A stretch of 64,000 nucleotides of DNA from an uncultured cyanobacterium (GCA_963697335.1 CAVONQ010000018.1:478745-542744), one strand, 5' to 3'. Shown: positions 31,354 to 40,830, counted from the first letter of the stretch. Notes: generated by a model not told the origin, from the sequence alone. Program-made: numbers and translations.

Positions 31354-32174
31354 AGCAGGGCGTCCATGCTGGCGAACAGGGCCAGCTCATCCGGCTCGCC
31401 CTGGCCCCGTTCCACCAGACCCCGCAGAGCGATCAGTTTCAGGCTGTTTTCGGCCAGGGTGGCACTGATCGCGGCCAGGGCGGGTCGCCAGCCGGCGGCG
31501 CCGAGGTCCATCAGGGCAGCCCGTCGCACCTGCAGCTGGGGATGGCCCAATAGCTCCACCAGCAGCTCACCCCAGCAGGGGTCGCCGCTCAGTTGCAGCA
31601 GGCTGCGGGCGGCGGCGCTGCGCACGAGGGGGCGGGGGTGATCGATGAAGGGCCGCATCACGGCGATCACCTCAGGCCGGGCCACGCCGATCTCGCCCAG
31701 GGCCTCCAGCAGGGCTTCGCAGGGTTCCTGCAGCCTGGGGCTGCCCGGCTCCTGGGCTCCTGCGCTCTCCGGGCCGCTGGCCAGACGCCGGCAGAGGGCC
31801 TCCACGGCCTCCACGGCGCCGATCTCGCCGAGGGCGCGGGCGGCCGCTTCCCGCAGCCCATGGTCGGCATCCTCCAGGGTGTCGAGCAGGTCGGGGATGG
31901 CGATAGCTGAGGCGGGAGCCAGCTTCCCGAGGGAGCGGGCCGCATTGCGGGCCACGGCGTTCTCCTCCACTCCTGCCCCTGGGTCCCGCGGCCGTCGCTG
32001 GCCCAGGGCCTGCTGCAGCAGGGGGATGGTGTCGGGGTGGCTGCAGCGCATGCGGCCCACCCACCAGGCGGCGTAGTACTGCTGCGAGGGGTCGGTGCTC
32101 TGGCGAAGCCGCGCCAGGGCCTCGGCTTCGCTGATCGGCTCCCCGGCTGGGGCTGCCTTGGGGGGTGCGGCCAT
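31350..32174 (-). CDS. cpcE: Phycocyanin alpha-subunit phycocyanobilin lyase subunit E (HEAT repeats)
   Basis: YYAAWW, RNAARSLGKL, RRAALMDLGA and AENSLKLIALRGL motifs, ending MDALL; start ATG 32174. Confidence 0.9.
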   Translation of the reverse strand: MAAPPKAAPAGEPISEAEALARLRQSTDPSQQYYAAWWVGRMRCSHPDTIPLLQQALGQRRPRDPGAGVEENAVARNAARSLGKLAPASAIAIPDLLDTLEDADHGLREAAARALGEIGAVEAVEALCRRLASGPESAGAQEPGSPRLQEPCEALLEALGEIGVARPEVIAVMRPFIDHPRPLVRSAAARSLLQLSGDPCWGELLVELLGHPQLQVRRAALMDLGAAGWRPALAAISATLAENSLKLIALRGLVERGQGEPDELALFASMDALL

Positions 32175-32282
32175 GGAACGCGTCCCCGCGGGGGGGTGGC
32201 TGGAACTGATGATGGCAGCCCGGGCGACGGCTGTCCGGCTGACGGCCTCTCGCCAGAGCAGCCCGTTTGCAGTGTGGACACC

Positions 32283-32304
32283 AAAAAGCCCCCTGAGCGG
32301 GGGC
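32283..32304 (-). terminator. cpcA terminator, copy A
   Basis: Plus strand AAAAA-GCCCCC-TGAGC-GGGGGC. Confidence 0.85.
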
Positions 32305-32367
32305 GAAGGATCCGATCCCCCTTGGGGGGAAGGGTTGATTGGTTTGCGGCTGAGTCCTGAGAAGGAT

Positions 32368-32856
32368 TCAGACGAGAGCGCTGATGGCGTAGTCGATGTA
32401 GTTGTTGGCGATGACACCGGGGTCGCCGGAGATGCCGTGGTTGGCCTTGATGTAGGAGAGGGCCTCGACGTACCAGGAGGGGGAGAGCTCGAAGGCACGG
32501 TTGATCTCATCGAGACCGGCGACGAGGTACTCATCCATGGGGCCGGTGCCACCAGCCACGAGGCAGTAGGTGACCATGCGGAGGTAGTAGCCGATGTCCC
32601 GAGCGCACTTGGCCTTGCCGCGTGAATCGGAGGCGTAGTTGCTGCCCTGCATCTGGGTGGTGTAGGGGAACTTGCTGTAGACGGCCTGGGCGGCGCCGTT
32701 CACGAGCTCATCGGCTTTGGCGGTGAGGGTTTTGGCAGCGCTGAGGGCGTTGGCAGCGCGCTCAAAGCGACCGAAGGCGGCGTTGAGCTCGGTGTTGGAG
32801 AGGAAGCGGCCCTGGGAATCAGCGGCGGCGACGGCCTCGGTGAGGGGGGTCTTCAT
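32368..32856 (-). CDS. cpcA: Phycocyanin alpha subunit (copy A)
   Basis: [20 protein letters not shown]...[13 protein letters not shown] (chromophore Cys84); 162 aa. Confidence 0.98.
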   Translation of the reverse strand: MKTPLTEAVAAADSQGRFLSNTELNAAFGRFERAANALSAAKTLTAKADELVNGAAQAVYSKFPYTTQMQGSNYASDSRGKAKCARDIGYYLRMVTYCLVAGGTGPMDEYLVAGLDEINRAFELSPSWYVEALSYIKANHGISGDPGVIANNYIDYAISALV

Positions 32857-32926
32857 GGTGAGAGAGAAGGAAGAGGTGAACCCGCGTTGAGGCGGGTGAG
32901 TTGAAGAGAAGGAGGGGCCGAGGCGA

Positions 32927-33445
32927 TCAGCCGACGGCGGCAGCAGCGCGGTCGAAGTAGGTGCCGACTTCGCTCATGAGGGCGGCGCAGTCGCCGGGGG
33001 TGATGCCGTTGCGGTCGTTGGCGATGCCGATGGCGGCGTCCTTCATCTTGCGGATGCCTTCTGCAACGGAAGCGCCGGGGACGCCGAGGGCGAGGTAGGT
33101 CTCCCGGAGGCCATTGAGGCAACGATCTTCCAGAACGGAAGCATCGCCGGTGAAGATGGCGTAGGTGACGTAGCGGAGAACGATCTCCATGTCGCGCAGG
33201 CAGGCAGCCATGCGGCGATGGGTGTAGGCGTTACCGCCGGGTGCGATCAGAGCGGGCTGCGAATCGAAGAGATCGCGAGCAGCGTTGGTGACGATTTTGG
33301 AAGCGTTGGAGGTGATGCGGTTCACCGTGTCCATGCGCTTGTTGCTCTCGGCCACCATGGCAGCGAGGGCATCAATCTGACCGGCGTTGATGAATTCGCC
33401 CCGGGCATCAGCCTGGGCTACAACCTTGGTGAAGGCGTCGAACAT
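32927..33445 (-). CDS. cpcB: Phycocyanin beta subunit (copy A)
   Basis: [16 protein letters not shown]...[15 protein letters not shown]...PGDCAAL; 172 aa. Confidence 0.98.
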   Translation of the reverse strand: MFDAFTKVVAQADARGEFINAGQIDALAAMVAESNKRMDTVNRITSNASKIVTNAARDLFDSQPALIAPGGNAYTHRRMAACLRDMEIVLRYVTYAIFTGDASVLEDRCLNGLRETYLALGVPGASVAEGIRKMKDAAIGIANDRNGITPGDCAALMSEVGTYFDRAAAAVG

Positions 33446-33696
33446 GGTTAGATCTCCTGATTGGCGACGAAGTGTCGTGCAGTGGTGGTGTGGGTCAGGC
33501 CTGACCTGACGAGCCTGGAGAGCTCCGCTCTGCCCTCGCCCTCCATGGCCCGAAGCTTCTGGAGAACCCCGGGGGGTGAGGAGGGAGGTGCACCAGGCAT
33601 TGCGCCTGCAACGTTGGCCAACCGGCGCGCGGTGAGGGGTGGGTCACTGCGGCGGTTGGGGCGGCGTTGTAGGCACGGAGGCCAAAACACCTGCCC

Positions 33697-33749
33697 ATTG
33701 TTGGGGAGCGGGGCTGGGAGCGGGAGCTAGCTTTACGAACGGTCACCGC
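33697..33749 (-). promoter_or_regulatory. Candidate cpcBA-A promoter (-10 AACAAT plus HLR1-like repeat)
   Basis: Plus strand ATTGTT at 33697-33702; TTTACGAA-CG-GTCACCGC at 33732-33749. Confidence 0.55.
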
Positions 33750-33818
33750 GGTGATCGTCTCAAGCCCCCCCAGGTCCAGTCCCAAGCTCCCGGCCTGGCT
33801 CCGGCCGGAGCAGCCGGG

Positions 33819-34670
33819 TCAGTTGACCGGCGTCACGCTGGCCACCCTGCCACCCTGGCGGTGAATCATCTGCTGGGTCTCCAGCATCTTGTCGAACGTC
33901 ACGAAGCGGGCTGTGCTGGCGCGCTTGTGCAACCGGTAGTTGGTGAGCCCGGTGACCTCGATGCGATACACCCGTGCCTTCTGGCCGATGCCGCGGGCCA
34001 TGCTGGTGATCGATTCGTTCGGCACCTGGGTGGGCTGGAAGCCGGCGCCCTTGGCGTTGGGGCTCACCACCGGCACGGCCCGATCCTGGTGAAGCGCTTT
34101 GCCGAGGCGGAAGTTGGTGCCCGAGGTGTCGCCCTTCACCGAGGCGGCGACGCCACGGGCGAGCTGCATCAGCCAGGAGAACTGCCGGCCCTGCTGACCG
34201 CTGGAGTAGTCCCAGCCATGCACGAAGGGAACAACCTCTTCCCCGAAGCGCTGTTGGTACTCGGGGCTGTCGATGTAGGAATCGATCTCTGCATCAACGC
34301 CTTCGTTCTGCAAAATCGTGAAGTGGTGCAGCATTTCTGCCTTGTCGTTGGGAGCCCGGCCCAGCAGATGCTTGTGGTTCAGCTCGATGAAATGATAGGG
34401 ATTGCAGTTCTCGAAAAACTTGCTGCGGTAGAGGCCGCTCTTGGCCACTTGGCGCACAAACTCGCGCACGGTTAATAAGTTGTGCTTGAACAGTGATTCT
34501 GGCTGCGTAAGCCTTTCGCTGTCCATGATGTATTGATTGCCCAGCACCTGCCGGTAGACAGCCCGCACCAGGCTGGCCTTGTCCTGTTGGGAGCTGACGC
34601 TCCAGTTCTCTTTGTTGCGATCACCGCTGAAGCGTTCGATTCCGAGGTGAGAGGCGTTGACGAGGGTCAT
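33819..34670 (-). CDS. cpcC: Phycocyanin-associated rod linker (paralog 2)
   Basis: RAVYRQVLGN, VREFVRQVAKS, KHLLGRAP and AEIDSYIDS motifs; C-terminal CpcD-like domain. Confidence 0.92.
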   Translation of the reverse strand: MTLVNASHLGIERFSGDRNKENWSVSSQQDKASLVRAVYRQVLGNQYIMDSERLTQPESLFKHNLLTVREFVRQVAKSGLYRSKFFENCNPYHFIELNHKHLLGRAPNDKAEMLHHFTILQNEGVDAEIDSYIDSPEYQQRFGEEVVPFVHGWDYSSGQQGRQFSWLMQLARGVAASVKGDTSGTNFRLGKALHQDRAVPVVSPNAKGAGFQPTQVPNESITSMARGIGQKARVYRIEVTGLTNYRLHKRASTARFVTFDKMLETQQMIHRQGGRVASVTPVN

Positions 34671-34865
34671 GACGGCTGGCTGAGGGAGGCTGCGCCGAAA
34701 CGCCGGCGCATGTCGAGAAAGCCTATGGGTGGTTCAGGCTGATCACTGAAGCTCTACGGCAATCTTCACAGCCCTTTCTGGACCACTGCCCTATGGCCCC
34801 GTGGGCGCCCCGTGAGCACGTCGCGTGTGTGAGAGACCGGGAAGCCCGTATGCAGTGTGGACACC

Positions 34866-34887
34866 AAAAAGCCCCCTGAGCGGGGGC
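34866..34887 (-). terminator. cpcA terminator, copy B
   Basis: Identical hairpin and U5 to copy A. Confidence 0.85.
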
Positions 34888-34950
34888 GAAGGATCCGATC
34901 CCCCTTGGGGGGAAGGGTTGATTGGTTTGCGGCTGAGTCCTGAGAAGGAT

Positions 34951-35439
34951 TCAGACGAGAGCGCTGATGGCGTAGTCGATGTAGTTGTTGGCGATGACAC
35001 CGGGGTCGCCGGAGATGCCGTGGTTGGCCTTGATGTAGGAGAGGGCCTCGACGTACCAGGAGGGGGAGAGCTCGAAGGCACGGTTGATCTCATCGAGACC
35101 GGCGACGAGGTACTCATCCATGGGGCCGGTGCCACCAGCCACGAGGCAGTAGGTGACCATGCGGAGGTAGTAGCCGATGTCCCGAGCGCACTTGGCCTTG
35201 CCGCGTGAATCGGAGGCGTAGTTGCTGCCCTGCATCTGGGTGGTGTAGGGGAACTTGCTGTAGACGGCCTGGGCGGCGCCGTTCACGAGCTCATCGGCTT
35301 TGGCGGTGAGGGTTTTGGCAGCGCTGAGGGCGTTGGCAGCGCGCTCAAAGCGACCGAAGGCGGCGTTGAGCTCGGTGTTGGAGAGGAAGCGGCCCTGGGA
35401 ATCAGCGGCGGCGACGGCCTCGGTGAGGGGGGTCTTCAT
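34951..35439 (-). CDS. cpcA: Phycocyanin alpha subunit (copy B)
   Basis: Protein identical to copy A. Confidence 0.98.
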   Translation of the reverse strand: MKTPLTEAVAAADSQGRFLSNTELNAAFGRFERAANALSAAKTLTAKADELVNGAAQAVYSKFPYTTQMQGSNYASDSRGKAKCARDIGYYLRMVTYCLVAGGTGPMDEYLVAGLDEINRAFELSPSWYVEALSYIKANHGISGDPGVIANNYIDYAISALV

Positions 35440-35509
35440 GGTGAGAGAGAAGGAAGAGGTGAACCCGCGTTGAGGCGGGTGAGTTGAAGAGAAGGAGGGG
35501 CCGAGGCGA

Positions 35510-36028
35510 TCAGCCGACGGCGGCAGCAGCGCGGTCGAAGTAGGTGCCGACTTCGCTCATGAGGGCGGCGCAGTCGCCGGGGGTGATGCCGTTGCGGTCG
35601 TTGGCGATGCCGATGGCGGCGTCCTTCATCTTGCGGATGCCTTCTGCAACGGAAGCGCCGGGGACGCCGAGGGCGAGGTAGGTCTCCCGGAGGCCATTGA
35701 GGCAACGATCTTCCAGAACGGAAGCATCGCCGGTGAAGATGGCGTAGGTGACGTAGCGGAGAACGATCTCCATGTCGCGCAGGCAGGCAGCCATGCGGCG
35801 ATGGGTGTAGGCGTTACCGCCGGGTGCGATCAGAGCGGGCTGCGAATCGAAGAGATCGCGAGCAGCGTTGGTGACGATTTTGGAAGCGTTGGAGGTGATG
35901 CGGTTCACCGTGTCCATGCGCTTGTTGCTCTCGGCCACCATGGCAGCGAGGGCATCAATCTGACCGGCGTTGATGAATTCGCCCCGGGCATCAGCCTGGG
36001 CTACAACCTTGGTGAAGGCGTCGAACAT
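35510..36028 (-). CDS. cpcB: Phycocyanin beta subunit (copy B)
   Basis: Protein identical to copy A. Confidence 0.98.
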   Translation of the reverse strand: MFDAFTKVVAQADARGEFINAGQIDALAAMVAESNKRMDTVNRITSNASKIVTNAARDLFDSQPALIAPGGNAYTHRRMAACLRDMEIVLRYVTYAIFTGDASVLEDRCLNGLRETYLALGVPGASVAEGIRKMKDAAIGIANDRNGITPGDCAALMSEVGTYFDRAAAAVG

Positions 36029-36120
36029 GGGGAGAGCTCCTGGTCGCGACGAGATGTCGGGAAGGGAAAGGGACTAGGGATCGGATTGCTGGCGCAACCC
36101 GCAGTGCGAAGCACCGAGCC

Positions 36121-36172
36121 ATTGTGATCAACTCTGCCTGCAGATTCAGCCTGCTTCACAAAGGGTCATGGC
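36121..36172 (-). promoter_or_regulatory. Candidate cpcBA-B promoter
   Basis: Plus strand ATTGTG at 36121-36126 (minus strand CACAAT); TTCACAAA-GG-GTCATGGC at 36155-36172. Confidence 0.5.
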
Positions 36173-36307
36173 GGGGTGATTGGCACGGCTGAGACACGAT
36201 CCAATCTTCCACTTTTCTTCCGATTGTTGTCCTGTTGCCCGGGTCTGTTCCGGCTTGGGCTGCTGCCACTGCTCTCGCCAGAGCAGCCCGTTTGCAGTGT
36301 GGACACC

Positions 36308-36329
36308 AAAAAGCCCCCTGAGCGGGGGC
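36308..36329 (-). terminator. cpcA terminator, copy C
   Basis: Identical hairpin and U5. Confidence 0.85.
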
Positions 36330-36392
36330 GAAGGATCCGATCCCCCTTGGGGGGAAGGGTTGATTGGTTTGCGGCTGAGTCCTGAGAAGGAT

Positions 36393-36881
36393 TCAGACGA
36401 GAGCGCTGATGGCGTAGTCGATGTAGTTGTTGGCGATGACACCGGGGTCGCCTGAGATGCCGTGGTTGGCCTTGATGTAGGAGAGGGCCTCGACGTACCA
36501 GGAGGGGGAGAGCTCGAAGGCACGGTTGATCTCATCGAGACCGGCGACGAGGTACTCATCCATGGGGCCGGTGCCACCAGCCACGAGGCAGTAGGTGACC
36601 ATGCGGAGGTAGTAGCCGATGTCCCGAGCGCACTTGGCCTTGCCGCGTGAATCGGAGGCGTAGTTGCTGCCCTGCATCTGGGTGGTGTAGGGGAACTTGC
36701 TGTAGACGGCCTGGGCGGCGCCGTTCACGAGCTCATCGGCTTTGGCGGTGAGGGTTTTGGCAGCGCTGAGGGCGTTGGCAGCGCGCTCAAAGCGACCGAA
36801 GGCGGCGTTGAGCTCGGTGTTGGAGAGGAAGCGGCCCTGGGAATCAGCGGCGGCGACGGCCTCGGTGAGGGGGGTCTTCAT
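36393..36881 (-). CDS. cpcA: Phycocyanin alpha subunit (copy C)
   Basis: Protein identical to copies A and B. Confidence 0.98.
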   Translation of the reverse strand: MKTPLTEAVAAADSQGRFLSNTELNAAFGRFERAANALSAAKTLTAKADELVNGAAQAVYSKFPYTTQMQGSNYASDSRGKAKCARDIGYYLRMVTYCLVAGGTGPMDEYLVAGLDEINRAFELSPSWYVEALSYIKANHGISGDPGVIANNYIDYAISALV

Positions 36882-36951
36882 GGTGAGAGAGAAGGAAGAG
36901 GTGAACCCGCGTTGAGGCGGGTGAGTTGAAGAGAAGGAGGGGCCGAGGCGA

Positions 36952-37470
36952 TCAGCCGACGGCGGCAGCAGCGCGGTCGAAGTAGGTGCCGACTTCGCTC
37001 ATGAGGGCGGCGCAGTCGCCGGGGGTGATGCCGTTGCGGTCGTTGGCGATGCCGATGGCGGCGTCCTTCATCTTGCGGATGCCTTCTGCAACGGAAGCGC
37101 CGGGGACGCCGAGGGCGAGGTAGGTCTCCCGGAGGCCATTGAGGCAACGATCTTCCAGAACGGAAGCATCGCCGGTGAAGATGGCGTAGGTGACGTAGCG
37201 GAGAACGATCTCCATGTCGCGCAGGCAGGCAGCCATGCGGCGATGGGTGTAGGCGTTACCGCCGGGTGCGATCAGAGCGGGCTGCGAATCGAAGAGATCG
37301 CGAGCAGCGTTGGTGACGATTTTGGAAGCGTTGGAGGTGATGCGGTTCACCGTGTCCATGCGCTTGTTGCTCTCGGCCACCATGGCAGCGAGGGCATCAA
37401 TCTGACCGGCGTTGATGAATTCGCCCCGGGCATCAGCCTGGGCTACAACCTTGGTGAAGGCGTCGAACAT
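36952..37470 (-). CDS. cpcB: Phycocyanin beta subunit (copy C)
   Basis: Protein identical to copies A and B from ATG 37470; SD AGGAG upstream. Confidence 0.98.
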   Translation of the reverse strand: MFDAFTKVVAQADARGEFINAGQIDALAAMVAESNKRMDTVNRITSNASKIVTNAARDLFDSQPALIAPGGNAYTHRRMAACLRDMEIVLRYVTYAIFTGDASVLEDRCLNGLRETYLALGVPGASVAEGIRKMKDAAIGIANDRNGITPGDCAALMSEVGTYFDRAAAAVG

Positions 37471-37572
37471 GGGGAGAGCTCCTGGTCGCGACGAGATGTC
37501 GGGGAGGGTTGAAGGGATGGCCAGGTTGTCCGTCGCCCGGCAGCACCGGGCACCTGTCAACTTGACTTGACC

Positions 37573-37626
37573 ATTGTTGGTTGTCCCCGCGGCTAGGCGT
37601 CTCGCCAATTAACAAACGGTCACCGT
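37573..37626 (-). promoter_or_regulatory. Candidate cpcBA-C promoter
   Basis: Plus strand ATTGTT at 37573-37578; TTAACAAA-CG-GTCACCGT at 37609-37626. Confidence 0.55.
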
Positions 37627-37690
37627 GCCCTGGTCTGCTTGGCTGTCTTGCTGGCTGGGAGCCCGTGCGCTGGGCCGTGATTCGACCATC

Positions 37691-37712
37691 AAAAAGCCCC
37701 CAGTTGGGGGCT
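37691..37712 (-). terminator. Intrinsic terminator after cpcD
   Basis: Plus strand AAAA-AGCCCCCA-GT-TGGGGGCT. Confidence 0.8.
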
Positions 37713-37744
37713 CGAGTGGTTGTGCTTACGGTTGGGAGCTGGGC

Positions 37745-38011
37745 TCAGCCCTCGGCTTTCGACTTCGACTTCTTGCGGGCTGGAGCCACCTTGCCTGCAC
37801 CCACGAGGTCGCCGCCATTGACACTCACGCCGGTGATCTTGCCACCCATCCGCTGAACGAGACGCATGGTTTCATTCATTCGGGTGTAGGGCACATTCAT
37901 GGTCATGTCTGCCGTACGCGAGTAGTCGTTGTTGGCGAGGCCGGTGACGGTGAATGTGACCTGACGGCTGCTGGTGAAGCTGGTGCCGCGGCTACCTGCA
38001 GAAACCTTCAT
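37745..38011 (-). CDS. cpcD: Rod-capping linker polypeptide
   Basis: VTGL...VPYTRMNETMRLVQRMGGKITGV, the CpcD domain. Confidence 0.9.
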   Translation of the reverse strand: MKVSAGSRGTSFTSSRQVTFTVTGLANNDYSRTADMTMNVPYTRMNETMRLVQRMGGKITGVSVNGGDLVGAGKVAPARKKSKSKAEG

Positions 38012-38068
38012 GGTGGTTGGGGCGAAGGAGCGAAATGGAAAAGATCAAAGCTCGCGCAGAAGCAAGCT

Positions 38069-38914
38069 TCAGTTCACCGGCGTGATGCTGGCGACCCGAC
38101 CACCCTCCCGGTGGATCTGTTGCTGGTACTCCAGCAGTTTGTTGAAGGGGATGAAACGCACTCGGTTGCTGCGCTTGTGCAGCCTGTAGTTGTTGAATCC
38201 GGTGATTTCAACCCTGAAGGTGCGGCCCTCCTCGCCGGCACCCACGCCCTGGCGGGTGACGCCATCGCTGGTCACCTTGCGGAATACCGAGCCCTTGGCA
38301 TTGGGACTCACCACCGGCATCGGCTGCTCGGCATGGACGGCAGGGTTGAGTCGGGATTGGGTCTTGAGCAGATCGCCGCGGACAGAAGCACCCACGCCGC
38401 GGGTGAGCTGCAGCATGTAGGAAAACTGCAGGCCCTGCTGGCCGGAGTTGTAGTTGAAGCCATGCAGGTAAGGAACAGCTTCTTCGCCAAAGCGCTCCTG
38501 ATACTCGGCGCTGTCGATGTAGGAGTCGATCTCGGCGTCGAAGCCCTGCTCCTGCAGGATGGTGAAGTGATGGAGCATCTCGGCCTTGTTCTGGGGAGCC
38601 CGGCCGAGCAGGTGCTTGAAGTTGAGTTCGATGAAGCGGTAAGGATTGCAGTTCTCGAAGAACTTCTGCTTGTAGAGCCCGCTCTTGGCCACCTGGCGCA
38701 CGAATTCCCGGATGCTGAGGTAGCCACGCTTGAACAGGGACTCAGGGCCTGTCAGGCGCTCGCTCTTCATCACGTACTGGTTGCCCAGCACCTGGCGGTA
38801 GACGGCGCGGATCAGCAGCGCCTTGTCGTTCTCGGAGGCGTTGGTCCAGTTCTCTTTGGCGCTGTCGTTGGCGAAACGCTCAATGCCCAGGTAGGCAGCG
38901 TTGGCAAGGGTCAT
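38069..38914 (-). CDS. cpcC: Phycocyanin-associated rod linker (paralog 1)
   Basis: MTLANAAYLGIERF...RAVYRQVLGN...FKHLLGRAP...GGRVASITPVN. Confidence 0.92.
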   Translation of the reverse strand: MTLANAAYLGIERFANDSAKENWTNASENDKALLIRAVYRQVLGNQYVMKSERLTGPESLFKRGYLSIREFVRQVAKSGLYKQKFFENCNPYRFIELNFKHLLGRAPQNKAEMLHHFTILQEQGFDAEIDSYIDSAEYQERFGEEAVPYLHGFNYNSGQQGLQFSYMLQLTRGVGASVRGDLLKTQSRLNPAVHAEQPMPVVSPNAKGSVFRKVTSDGVTRQGVGAGEEGRTFRVEITGFNNYRLHKRSNRVRFIPFNKLLEYQQQIHREGGRVASITPVN

Positions 38915-39029
38915 GGGCTTCGGGCCGGGGGGAGGAAACGCGACGTGGCCGTTGGGCCGCCTGGGCAGACCGAGCGGCCTGGCAGGGCGGGGCAGCGTAA
39001 AGCGACTCTGCCAACGGCTGCATGGGCAG

Positions 39030-39081
39030 ATCCTATGGGCCGCGGGCAGGCCCACCGCCAGCCTTTCACAATCGTTACAAA
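39030..39081 (-). promoter_or_regulatory. Candidate cpcC-cpcD promoter
   Basis: -10 TAGGAT (39030-39035); plus strand TTCACAAT-C-GTTACAAA at 39065-39081. Confidence 0.6.
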
Positions 39082-39195
39082 GTTTGCCCCTGGCGCCCGC
39101 GCCTGATCCAGATACCATCCCGCCAGGTGCTGCCTGGGCTCCAGGGCTGGGGCGCACCGCCATACCAACCCGCAACCAACTCGCACGGAGGGGCG

Positions 39196-39609
39196 ATGGG
39201 CGATCCAGCTGGCCATCCTGATCCTTCACTCCGGGCGTGCCCCGAGCCGTCCTCCACGGCCGCCCCGGCGGTGGATCGACTGGCTGGCCAGCTCAACACC
39301 CTTTCGGAGGTGATGGAAACCCTCACCTTCCGGCTTCTGGAGCTGGAGGAGCAGGTGTCCGTCCAGCAGCAGCGGCTTAAGCCCCTGATCGAGGCTTCCG
39401 ATCGGGAAGACGAGCGCCAAGACTCCCTACGGAAGTTGCGCTTCGAACAGACTGAACAACGCCTGAGCCACCTGGAACAGCTGCTGCAGGTGGCTCAGGG
39501 CCCCGGCCCCGTGGCCTCGTTTCCTGAGCCTGCCACCCCCTTGATGGCCATCGATGGACCCTTCCCCGAAGAGCTTGAGCAGCCCTTCATGGACGAGGTG
39601 CCGGCCTGA
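39196..39609 (+). CDS. Hypothetical coiled-coil protein of the phycobilisome region
   Basis: QLNTLSEVMETLTFRLLELEEQV heptads and an acidic tail EQPFMDE. Confidence 0.75.
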   Translation: MGDPAGHPDPSLRACPEPSSTAAPAVDRLAGQLNTLSEVMETLTFRLLELEEQVSVQQQRLKPLIEASDREDERQDSLRKLRFEQTEQRLSHLEQLLQVAQGPGPVASFPEPATPLMAIDGPFPEELEQPFMDEVPA

Positions 39610-39615
39610 TCGGCC

Positions 39616-40284
39616 TCAGCTCTGGAAGGCCTCGTGCCAGGCGGCAGGAATTTCGTGGCTGTAGTCAGCCGTGCGGCTGAATCGGAACGGGCCGGCCAGG
39701 GAGCCCCACACCTGGGCGTGGGAGGTGGGGTCGTGGCCCGTATCGATCGTGCGCATGCCGCTTGCATCGAGCTCCAGACGGCTGACGAGGTAGGTGGTCT
39801 GCCCCTTGCGCTCCACCAGACAGCGGCAGCCGGGTTCCACTTCGCCGACGAATCCCGCGGCTTCCTCGCGCACCACATAGGCACATCCCTCCAGGGGCAC
39901 CAGGTCGGAGGAGCTGATGCGGCTGCGCAGCGCCTCGTCGTCCACCGCGCCCCAGAAGCGCTGCTCCTCGGCGAGGGCCTGGTTGTGGATCACCAGAGCG
40001 TCGCCCTGGCGTTCGGCCCGCAGCACGCGGATTCTGTAGGGCACGGCTGGATTGATGGCGTAGCTCTGCTCCAGCAGCAGTGAGCCCGGAGCGAGCTGGG
40101 GCAGGGGCCGCAGCGTCACCAGGATGTGGGCATAGAGGGGGGGGTTGTCGAAGGCCTGCTGCTGATTGCTGAAGCCCGCGCTGAGCAACTGCACCAACCG
40201 TGCCAGGGCGCTGGCCGAGTCGGTACCCCTCTCACCCGTGCCGCGTTCACCCAGGCCCCTGTCGTCCGTGGCGCTCTCGCTCAA
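39616..40284 (-). CDS. cpcT: CpcT/CpeT-family phycobiliprotein lyase
   Basis: FSNQQQAFDNPPLYAHI, PYR, EPGCRC and DTGHDP...VWGSLAGPFRF motifs. Confidence 0.92.
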   Translation of the reverse strand: MSESATDDRGLGERGTGERGTDSASALARLVQLLSAGFSNQQQAFDNPPLYAHILVTLRPLPQLAPGSLLLEQSYAINPAVPYRIRVLRAERQGDALVIHNQALAEEQRFWGAVDDEALRSRISSSDLVPLEGCAYVVREEAAGFVGEVEPGCRCLVERKGQTTYLVSRLELDASGMRTIDTGHDPTSHAQVWGSLAGPFRFSRTADYSHEIPAAWHEAFQS

Positions 40285-40358
40285 CTCCCCTGGCTCAACT
40301 CGATGGCCGCTAAGTTAAGGCCTGGGACCGCCCCGGTCGCAGCCATGGGAGGACGGCG

Positions 40359-40592
40359 TCAGAGGCCGAGGAGTCTGAGCCGGAACTGCGCCACCTGCTC
40401 GGCCAGTTGCGGGGACGAGCGGCAGAACGGATGGTCGGCAAGGGCCTCGAGCACGGCGGCCAGGCGGGCTTCGCGGGGTTGATCCAGGCTTGGGGCCTGG
40501 GCGGCCAACTGGCTCCAGGCCTCATCGAAGGCCTGGGCAAAACTGTCGGCGTTGTCGAACACCTGGGGGAAGCTGCCTGGGGGCTCGCGCAT
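40359..40592 (-). CDS. Small hypothetical protein of the phycobilisome region
   Basis: FDNADSFAQAFDEAW...DHPF...VAQFRLRLLGL; start ATG 40592. Confidence 0.75.
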   Translation of the reverse strand: MREPPGSFPQVFDNADSFAQAFDEAWSQLAAQAPSLDQPREARLAAVLEALADHPFCRSSPQLAEQVAQFRLRLLGL

Positions 40593-40757
40593 GGTGAGGG
40601 ATGGTGGGCGCCCGAGAGGCGCAGCACGAACAGGGAGAGGCAAGTTCGGTGTTGTCAGCAGGCCGCCTGATCACATGATTCCGCAATGGCAGGGATGCGA
40701 TCACGGGGTTTGGGGTCCCGAAGTTGCGCCGCCAGGGTTGCACTTGCAGGGTTGCAA

Positions 40758-40830
40758 TGCCAGGACCCAGATTTGAACTGGGGACACGGCGATTTTCAGT
40801 CGCCTGCTCTACCAACTGAGCTATCCCGGC
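40758..40830 (-). tRNA. trnF: tRNA-Phe(GAA)
   Basis: Reverse complement GCCGGGATAGCTCAGTTGGTAGAGCA-GGCGA-CTGAAAA-TCGCC...GTTCAAATC...CCTGGCA. Confidence 0.97.

Larger units (their letters stand above)
32247..33447. repeat. cpcBA repeat copy A (about 1.2 kb)
   Basis: Near-identical to copies B and C, including the intergenic spacer and terminator. Confidence 0.95.
34843..36061. repeat. cpcBA repeat copy B
   Basis: Same unit as copy A; shares 33 nt of 5' leader with copy C. Confidence 0.95.
36272..37503. repeat. cpcBA repeat copy C
   Basis: Same unit as A and B; one synonymous difference spotted at 36453. Confidence 0.95.

Noticed and set aside
37471..37608. N-terminal extension of cpcB copy C (and track extensions of cpcC-1, cpcE, rpsA, ccb1, rnd, larE and the ferredoxin)
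   Set aside because: Artefacts of longest-ORF calling. Family N-termini and SD or promoter positions support the downstream starts.
30147..40830. Phycobilisome region as a tRNA-Phe-integrated mobile island
   Set aside because: The tRNA 3' end faces the region, but I found no integrase and no duplicated tRNA 3' end at the ptpA side.
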